Below are positions 57,141 to 64,000 of a stretch of 64,000 nt of DNA, one piece after another. This DNA comes from Candidatus Multivorans sp. (lineage in GTDB: Bacteria; Acidobacteriota; Thermoanaerobaculia; Multivoradales; Multivoraceae). The notes below the pieces were generated by a model. The model did no database searches. It saw only the letters and a list, made by a program, of their open reading frames with translations, and was not told the DNA's origin. The stretch lies in the NCBI GenBank assembly GCA_965247095.1, contig OZ251997.1, forward strand, positions 1,824,001-1,888,000, written 5' to 3'. Numbering within the stretch: the stretch's first letter is position 1; every line of letters starts with the position of its first letter. Made by a program: the position numbers and the translations under genes.

Positions 57141-58871
57141 TCAGGCCTTCTGTACCGCGCTCCCGCAACCCGCCTCCTCCTTCATCCCCTTCAGAAGATC
57201 TGGACCCTTCGCTACTTGGTCCGTTCCTCCTAGCCGTTCGTACACCGTCCGAACAGCTTGGAGGCTTTCACGCACCATGTCGTCACTCAAGCCATCCAGG
57301 TCCAGGCTCGCCACCTCGGCCGGATCCCAACCGCCACTCGCTGTCATACTCCAAAAAAAATGCATGCCTACATAGAAACGCAAGTTGGTACGTTCCTCCT
57401 TTGTTAGCTCAGGCCCCATGCTCTTCAAGACATCTTCGACATGGCGCATACCCGCCGCACACACGTAGTACAGCCTGATCGGATAGTCCCCTCCATAGAT
57501 CTTCTCATAGTCATCATCCTTCTTCAGCAGTGACGAAGGTCGCGCACGGGCAGTGTCGGGGCGCTGCAGGACAATAGCCATTACCGACTGCGCGAGATAC
57601 GGGATACCCACTATCACGCTCCGCGGCTTGCCACGGTTCTTGTAGTAGTTCTTTCGCCGATCGTAGTACAGCCCGCGAGGAATAAAGTGCTCCTCGATGT
57701 CTCGGTGGACCTTGTCTGTTGCCCTAAGGGATGCCAACTGCACCGTGGTCTGGCTGTTAGTTGCTTTGATGATCCGATCACGACTTCCTGTGTCATCTGG
57801 AACGATGACGCGAACCAGTATGTTCCGCTGCTCCGCTTCACGTCCTCCCGCCGACTCTCCATCACCACTGGATTCACCAACAGAGCGGAAGTAGTTGAAA
57901 ATCTCCATCGATGTTTGCAGGCCATTCACGATCTGGGGGTCTTCTATTGTAAGGATTTTCCCGCCCAGAGAAGCCTTTGACGCGAGTATCGATATGCCGT
58001 TGTTGAGCCACCAAAAGTCCTCTGTATGAGGGTTTCGCAGGGACGTCTGGATTTGCTGGTTCACTTGCGTTGGGCCTTGATGATCTCGGACGTTCGCCTC
58101 GAAGACGTGCCGCCGGAGTTCGCCCCTTTCATCTGTGATGAAGTCGTAGTAGGCGCGTAGTTCGACGAGACAGGCGAATCCGACAGGATCTCCGGAGGAG
58201 ATAGGGTTTTCCGCCAGCGTGATTTCGTGTGTCGTCTTTGGTGACCTCCGAGCCAGCGAGAGGAGGGCAGGAGCACCCAGGAACCTGAAGCGAAACTCGG
58301 CGTCGCGGAAGTGTTTGTGGACGACCTTCTTCAACTTGCAAACTTTCGCTTGAAGGGAAGCGGAACGCTCGATGCCCCGAGTTGCATAGTAGTAGGTGAA
58401 CCGCAATTTTGGAAACGTCCTATTGAGTTGCTTCTGAACGCTTCTAAACCGAGTGACAGATTCAAGGAGCTCTGGGTTGTAGAAATCTCTGAGCTCAGCA
58501 ACATCTTTGGAAAGGTCGAGGAGATCGTCGCTACTAGTGATGAAGCGTTCAACCGGAGTTTCCTGGAATCCCTGGCGGCGCTTCGCCTGCAAGAGGATGA
58601 CGTCCAAGCGTGCGTCAGATCTCGCGGTGGGCGTGTAGTCGTCTTCCTGAACTAGGTCGCCATTGACAAGAACGTACATGCCATCGATGCCGCCATCCCC
58701 ACTCTTGCCGACGAGTCCGGAGTCAAGCTCATCATAGGAGAGGTCGAAGTCCTTGAGTGCTTGCTCGGCGGTAAAGAACTCGAAGAAGGCGCTCTCGGAG
58801 GTGTCAGGCCGGAGGTCGCGGCGACGTTGGTCGAGAAATTCGTCAAGGAGGATTTGGTCGTTTGTAGGCAT
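57141..58871 (-). CDS. AIPR (abortive infection phage resistance) family protein
   Basis: DGGIDG, FEANVR, FWWLNNGI, QIVNGLQT, ATNSQT, YYDRRKNYY; visibly lower GC. Confidence 0.9.
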   Translation of the reverse strand: MPTNDQILLDEFLDQRRRDLRPDTSESAFFEFFTAEQALKDFDLSYDELDSGLVGKSGDGGIDGMYVLVNGDLVQEDDYTPTARSDARLDVILLQAKRRQGFQETPVERFITSSDDLLDLSKDVAELRDFYNPELLESVTRFRSVQKQLNRTFPKLRFTYYYATRGIERSASLQAKVCKLKKVVHKHFRDAEFRFRFLGAPALLSLARRSPKTTHEITLAENPISSGDPVGFACLVELRAYYDFITDERGELRRHVFEANVRDHQGPTQVNQQIQTSLRNPHTEDFWWLNNGISILASKASLGGKILTIEDPQIVNGLQTSMEIFNYFRSVGESSGDGESAGGREAEQRNILVRVIVPDDTGSRDRIIKATNSQTTVQLASLRATDKVHRDIEEHFIPRGLYYDRRKNYYKNRGKPRSVIVGIPYLAQSVMAIVLQRPDTARARPSSLLKKDDDYEKIYGGDYPIRLYYVCAAGMRHVEDVLKSMGPELTKEERTNLRFYVGMHFFWSMTASGGWDPAEVASLDLDGLSDDMVRESLQAVRTVYERLGGTDQVAKGPDLLKGMKEEAGCGSAVQKA

Positions 58872-59294
58872 GAGTGGCTGGAGGCTCGGAGGTCTTAGGG
58901 AGGGCGGCGGCTTGCTTTGAGAGGATAAGGCCTCAGTGACTTGAGTTCTGGCTGAGGGCGAGTCGGGGCGAGCGTAGCAGGATTGGGCTCGCAGGGGTCT
59001 AATCCGAGCGGCCGTGCCCGCGAAGGGTGTGAGTGTAGACGTTCAGCGGCTTGGATTCATTCGAGCGGGCGGCGGACAGGTTTTACTCAGGACCGGTGCG
59101 GAGCGCGGGCTGGCTACGACGTTTCCTCCGCTGGATTGTCAGGGCGCGGTTGGCCGGGAGACCGAATGTTACCTTGCCCTGATCGGACCGGGAGGTTCCC
59201 GGACCTACGGAGAGTGCGATGTGCAGACCGGGGTTTGTTACCGGAAGCTAGAATCGTCGGGTGCTGGCGCGTGCCGGCCGGATCGGAGCACTAA

Positions 59295-59345
59295 TGTCAA
59301 CGGCAGGCGAAAACGGCCCACTTTCGTGAACCGAAAATGTCCCAC
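59295..59345. mobile_element. Isolated IS21-like terminal sequence
   Basis: TGTCAACGGCAGGCGAAAACGGCCCACT...CGAAAATGTCCCACT: TG start with an internal repeated unit. Confidence 0.55.
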
Positions 59346-59584
59346 TCCGTGCGAGGAGTGGGAAGGTAGTGGGGGCGCTACGGTCGGGATAGGAGCTCCG
59401 GAGTCGCGCGGGGCGTGCCGAAGAGGGCGCAGGGTTCCCCTCTGCAGCGCGACGAGGGTGGTGCTGAAGCGGGCCAACGGCTTCGGGCAGCAGTCGAGGT
59501 CGGTTGTTCTTCGCCATTCCGGGGGAAGTAGTCCTCCGCCCGGCAGTGTTCCGGCGGCGGCAGGAGAGGTTCAGCAGCGCTTAC

Positions 59585-59800
59585 AGCCCGCACAGCTTCC
59601 GCAGTTCGTTCCGGTCGTGGTGTTCGGACGCGGGGATCGACCGGGAGCTGGCGGAACAGGCCCTGGCCCACGCGGTCGGCGGTAAAGGTCGAGCAGTGGT
59701 ATGCGCGGAGCGACGTGCTGGAACGCTGGCGGGAGGTCATGGAGGCCTGGGCCGCGTTCCTGGTCGAACAGCTCGACTGCGCAGACACGGCGCGGGCCTG
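59585..59800 (+). pseudogene. C-terminal remnant of a second P4-like integrase
   Basis: PHSFRSSFRSWC...ELAEQALAH, frameshift, VEQWYARSDVLERWREVMEAW. Confidence 0.8.
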
Positions 59801-59869
59801 ACGGCGCTCTGCCAGCGGTCTGTCGGTTACAGCATCCGCCGGCGGTTCCGGGTCGGCCGGTCTCCTTAG

Positions 59870-60186
59870 ACAGCCGAAAAGGAGACTCCGAGGATGTTCT
59901 GGACCCTTTCTCGGTTCAGGACGGATGGTTCGCCTTGGACTGCCCTAGTTGCCTGGTTCTTGTGGGAGACGGAATCGACACGACCACGAGACAGGAGGTT
60001 CAGTCGACGATCATCGTTCTCGGCCCGAACAACTTCGATCTAGTGACGGAGCGGCAGGAATCCCTGGAGGACGTAGCCAAGGGGGAAGTACCGCTGTCCC
60101 ATCTCGATTGGCACTACGCGTTCCTGTCCTACGAAGTCCGACGCCAGGGCCTGGAAGAGCAGTTGGAGGTACTCTTCTTCGGCTAG
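59870..60186 (+). pseudogene. C-terminal fragment of a probable HNH-type (PtuB/TIGR02646-like) protein
   Basis: SRKGD...VLDPFSVQDGWF...FLSYEVRRQGL; N-terminus missing. Confidence 0.45.
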
Positions 60187-60571
60187 GTTCTCGGCTGTAG
60201 GCAGCGTCGGCCTAGCGCGACACCTCCTTGCGGCCGAGGCGGCGCGGATCGGGGACGCCAAGGGGCGAGAAGTGTGGAAGCGGGCGATCTGATCCGCCGT
60301 TGCGCGGCCTCCGTGGGGCCACAGTTGTCGCCACGAGGGCCTTAGGGGTGTGGGCCGGAGCGTGGCACACCTAGCTCATCGGAGCAGCTAAGTGTAGTCC
60401 GCACAGGGGTTTGCGATACGAATGGGGACTATCGCGCCACCCAGGTTCGCGCTCCGGAAGATGTCCGGGGAGCGGCGCTCACGGGACACCAAGCGCTCGG
60501 TGGCCCTGCGCTACGAGGTTCGATCACTGCCCGACAACCACGAGTCGTCGATTGATATGAACGGCGCAAGT

Positions 60572-61810
60572 ATGGAGCGCCAACCCGGATTCTTCGTCTC
60601 CGCGGATTGGAGCAAGAACCCACAGAAACGCTCGGTCTATGTCGCCGATCTGAGCAAGCGCCTCATCTACCGGGAAGCGCGACCGGACTGGGCGCTGGGG
60701 AGCCTCATGGCATTGGCGACGCAACTCGCCGAGCGGGGCTCCGTGCTGGTGGGCGTCGACCTGGCTCTGGGAGTGCCGCAGAGCTACTGGGAGTTGGTAC
60801 TCGCTGAGCCACGGTACGGTCAGCCCAGCACGTTCATCGACTGGCTGGGGCAACTTGGCGACAACCGCGAATTCTTTGACCCAGCCAACGTGGTCAAGGA
60901 CCACGAGCAGTGGCGCGTCGATCGGCCCTGGTTCCATGTGCCACGCGGCCAGGGTGGGTTGACTTCCTTCACGCAGAAAACGCGTGACGGCTTTCGTCGC
61001 CGCATTGACCAGAAGACCGGAGCCAGGCCCGTGTTCGTCGTCAGCGGCATTCCGGGTACGGTGGGATCAGGAACCCGCGACTTCTGGCAAGAATTGGCTG
61101 GCCTGTCGGGAAGTTGCTGCGCCTTCGCGGTCTGGCCTTTCGAGGGTCGGCTTCCCGACCTCCTCAACAGCCACGGAGTCGTGCTGGCGGAGACCTATCC
61201 GGGGCTCGCATACGCCGCTGCACTGGCAGACGACCTGCCGACGAAGCGACTCGCCGTGGGCAAGACCAAGTCCGATCAACGCAATCAGGTCTGCGATCTG
61301 CTGGCGGACGCCGCGTGGGTGAAAGCCCACGACGTAGACCTCGGAGACCTCGACGCCGCTAGAGACGACGAGGACGACTTCGACGCGCATCTCACCGCGG
61401 CCGCCGTTTTGCGCTGCTATCTGGAGGAGACCCCGGTCGTCCGCCACGAGTGGATCGACCAGGTAGCCGAAGGCTCCATGCTCCTTGCCGGCCCGGTCGA
61501 TCCAGCCCTCAAGGCCAAGGCCATCACCATGTCTCGAAAGCGGCCTCCTCAGGCAAGCCTTCACTTGAAACCCGCCGCCGCCCGCACTGCGAAGCAGAAT
61601 CCCCTGAACTCGCGGCCGCCTCCCAAGCACAAGAGAACCGACTACCGCTGTCCCATCTCAGGCTGTTCCAAGGTCTTCCAGGGCTCACGCGGCGGATGGG
61701 ATGCACACGTCGCATCACTCCGCAAGCACCTCGACTGGTACCCCGACGTCAAGAGTCCCCAGTTACGCAAGGAACTCTTCAGGAGGGACTTCGGCGGTTG
61801 GTTCCGATGA
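60572..61810 (+). CDS. DUF429-like predicted nuclease with C-terminal C2H2-like zinc finger
   Basis: SADWS, VGVDLALGVP, VWPF, AETYP, DDFDA; CPISGC...WDAHVASLRKH. Confidence 0.7.
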   Translation: MERQPGFFVSADWSKNPQKRSVYVADLSKRLIYREARPDWALGSLMALATQLAERGSVLVGVDLALGVPQSYWELVLAEPRYGQPSTFIDWLGQLGDNREFFDPANVVKDHEQWRVDRPWFHVPRGQGGLTSFTQKTRDGFRRRIDQKTGARPVFVVSGIPGTVGSGTRDFWQELAGLSGSCCAFAVWPFEGRLPDLLNSHGVVLAETYPGLAYAAALADDLPTKRLAVGKTKSDQRNQVCDLLADAAWVKAHDVDLGDLDAARDDEDDFDAHLTAAAVLRCYLEETPVVRHEWIDQVAEGSMLLAGPVDPALKAKAITMSRKRPPQASLHLKPAAARTAKQNPLNSRPPPKHKRTDYRCPISGCSKVFQGSRGGWDAHVASLRKHLDWYPDVKSPQLRKELFRRDFGGWFR

Positions 61811-62129
61811 ACCACCCCGAAGCGTCCTCGGCCGCTACTCGCCGGTTGATGCGCCGGCCCACTCGCCGACGACGTCCAGCCCGCGCCACGGGCCGGAGGA
61901 GAGGGTCCCAGCGAGGCTGTCGGCAAGCGACGCCCGGGGCCCTTCCATGAACCGACACCGAACCGGAGCGCAGCCGACCGCAGCGAGCGCCAACTTCCCA
62001 TCTACTCACAGAGCGCGAGCGGCCGCTGGGACCCTCTCCTCCGGCCCACAGCGGGCGGGTGTGCCCGACGCCCCACCGCCAGCCGACGCCGGACCGACGA
62101 GCCGTGCTCCGCCTCTCCGCCTCTCCGGC

Positions 62130-62804
62130 CTACCGCGCGGCCGGCGCCCGGATCTCGAACTCGACGGACCCGGTCTCGGCGTCGGCCTCGATGATGAGAA
62201 AGCGGCCCTGGAACCAGGGGCCGGGGTTGACGACGCGGGTCGGTCCGATGGTGTCGTCGCCGATCGCTTCGTGGATGTGGCCGGAGAAGACGAGGTCCGG
62301 CTGGTGCCGCTCGACGGCGGCGCGAAGGGACTGCGAGCCGACGTGGCGGCCGCGGGCGAGGTCGCAGGCGGTGCCGTGGGGCGGCTGGTGGGAGACCAGG
62401 ATCGTGGGCTGCCCTTTGACCGCGGCGGCGTTCTCGAAGGCCTCGGCGGCGACGCGTTCGTAGTCCTGCTCGGTGCGCTCGTAGGGGAGGTCGCCGAAGG
62501 GGAGACCGCCTGACAGGCCAATGAACCGGACGCCGTCGACCACCCGGGCGCGGCGGTCGAGGTCGATGTCGATGTCCCGGAAGTAGCCCTCGACCGCAGG
62601 CTGGTCGCAGTTGCCGCAGACCGCGAGTACCGGGACGCCGGACGCCTGCAGCGGTTCGACGATCTGCCGGGCGTGGTCAGGGCCCAGGAAGTTGGTCAGA
62701 TCGCCCGCGAGAACGACGAGATCGAAGCCGGACGGATCCGGCAGGCGGGGCGGCCGCTTGCCGGACCAGTGTAAATCGACGACGCCGAGAACTCGAAGAG
62801 TCAA
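62130..62804 (-). CDS. Metallophosphoesterase (Icc-related)
   Basis: DLH, AGD, GNCD, SHQPP, GHIHE, NPG. Confidence 0.9.
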   Translation of the reverse strand: MTLRVLGVVDLHWSGKRPPRLPDPSGFDLVVLAGDLTNFLGPDHARQIVEPLQASGVPVLAVCGNCDQPAVEGYFRDIDIDLDRRARVVDGVRFIGLSGGLPFGDLPYERTEQDYERVAAEAFENAAAVKGQPTILVSHQPPHGTACDLARGRHVGSQSLRAAVERHQPDLVFSGHIHEAIGDDTIGPTRVVNPGPWFQGRFLIIEADAETGSVEFEIRAPAAR

Positions 62805-62913
62805 GGTCGAACCCCCCACCGCTGCCGGCGTAGATCGACGACGCCGAGAATGCGCAAGGTCATCGGCGAAGCTCTAGCAGCTTGGCCGCCGGGCGGACCC
62901 GGCAGTTGCGCCG

Positions 62914-63315
62914 TCAGTGGACCAGCGTGGGAACGACATGCGCCGATTCCTGCGGTTCGTCCTCCAGGCCGTGGGACATGACGAAGACCCACGCGGCCAT
63001 GCGCTCCCGCTCCGTCTCGCAGATCAACTCGAAGACGTACTCGTTCTCCTGGTCGCCTTGAAACGACTGCACGTAGGCGACCCGCTCGCGGTCGATCAGG
63101 ATCTCACCCACCAGCCGCTTGCCGTAGACGAGCTGCGCGATGAGGAGGTTGTCGTCCTCGGACACGAACTGCCAGTGGAAGACCTCGTCGTCGCAGAGCA
63201 GAGCGTCCGCCGATCCGGCCCGGATGACGCAGTTCGGGTGGAGGACGAGCCAGTTCCAGAACGCGTCCAGATCAAGCGTGGCCCGGGAACGCTCGACCTC
63301 GGTGGGGGCTGTCAT
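62914..63315 (-). CDS. Hypothetical protein
   Basis: 133 aa ORF with protein-like composition (FWNWLVLHPNCVIRAG). Confidence 0.7.
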   Translation of the reverse strand: MTAPTEVERSRATLDLDAFWNWLVLHPNCVIRAGSADALLCDDEVFHWQFVSEDDNLLIAQLVYGKRLVGEILIDRERVAYVQSFQGDQENEYVFELICETERERMAAWVFVMSHGLEDEPQESAHVVPTLVH

Positions 63316-63427
63316 CGCGCAATCGTATCCAAGGGGCGCCCACGCCAGCAGCTTGCGCCGTAGAACGGATTAGACTAGCGCGAGTTTCCTGCCGCACAAG
63401 CTCCGCGCAAGCTCATAGAGTCCGCCC

Positions 63428-64000
63428 ATGACGAACACACCTCCCTGGACTGGACTCGGCGCCCCGCGCTTCGCGTACGAGCGCGGTCTCCACGACCTCG
63501 GCAACGGCTCGTTCGCCTGGCTGCAGCCAGACGGCGGCTGGGGCTGGAGCAACGCGGGCCTGATTGTAAGCGGCAACGAATCGCTGCTCGTCGACACGCT
63601 GTTCGATCTGCCGAACACACGCGAGATGCTCGACGCGATGAAGAAGGCGCACGCGGCGGCGGCCGACATCGACCGGCTCGTGAACACGCACTCCAACGGC
63701 GATCACACCCACGGCAACGAACTCGTCGCCGGCGCCGAGATCGTCGCGTCGAAGACCGCGGCCGCCGAAATGGAGGTGACGACGCCGGAGGCGCTCGCGG
63801 CACTGATGCGCGGCGCGCGCGCCGACGGCGGCCTGGTCGGCGACTTCCTGGTCGAGTGTTTCGGCAGCTTCGAGTTCGAGGGGATCACCCACACGCCGCC
63901 GAACCGCACGTTCGAGGGCGCGTTGAGCCTCCAGGTCGGCGAAACGCCGGTGGAACTGGTCGAGGTCGGCCCCGCCCACACGGGCGGCGACATCCTGATC
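63428..64000 (+). CDS. MBL-fold metallo-hydrolase (partial, runs off window)
   Basis: Manual translation: WGWSNAG, LLVDT, NTHSNGDHTHGN, PAHTGGD. Confidence 0.9.
   Translation, partial: MTNTPPWTGLGAPRFAYERGLHDLGNGSFAWLQPDGGWGWSNAGLIVSGNESLLVDTLFDLPNTREMLDAMKKAHAAAADIDRLVNTHSNGDHTHGNELVAGAEIVASKTAAAEMEVTTPEALAALMRGARADGGLVGDFLVECFGSFEFEGITHTPPNRTFEGALSLQVGETPVELVEVGPAHTGGDILI

Noticed and set aside
59014-59685. 223-aa Cys-containing ORF as a real gene
   Set aside because: It runs through an IS end and an integrase remnant; at most a short truncated fragment, with no recognisable family

Overview
A GC-rich bacterial window. The gene content (TA modules, Uma2, 'MRFFNTTGP' AAA ATPases, PQQ-like propeller, CxxCH/monooxygenase protein) resembles Acidobacteriota or similar symbionts, but that is inference. 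The left end holds an uncharacterised envelope-modification-like cluster: GT2, a membrane protein, a 64-aa 'RLxxLGY' protein, two paralogous alkaline-phosphatase-superfamily enzymes with different targeting signals, and a divergent vapBC plus sulfotransferase. Next is a decaying type I-G (I-U) CRISPR-cas operon (csb1-csb2-cas3-cas8g-cas4/1). An IS630 splits cas3 cleanly, and an IS3-type element has removed most of cas1; no cas2 or array is visible. A WYL regulator and a candidate operator/promoter lie upstream. The middle is mostly housekeeping (selD fusion, stand-alone rpsD, ogt, alkA, sqdB, metX, mltA, gloA), with a nested IS pair and two families of REP-like palindromes. The right end has a degraded integrative island (two P4-like integrase remnants, AIPR, IS21 end, HNH remnant, DUF429-like nuclease). 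No tRNA, rRNA or CRISPR array was recognised. All calls come from motif recognition by eye, with no database search.
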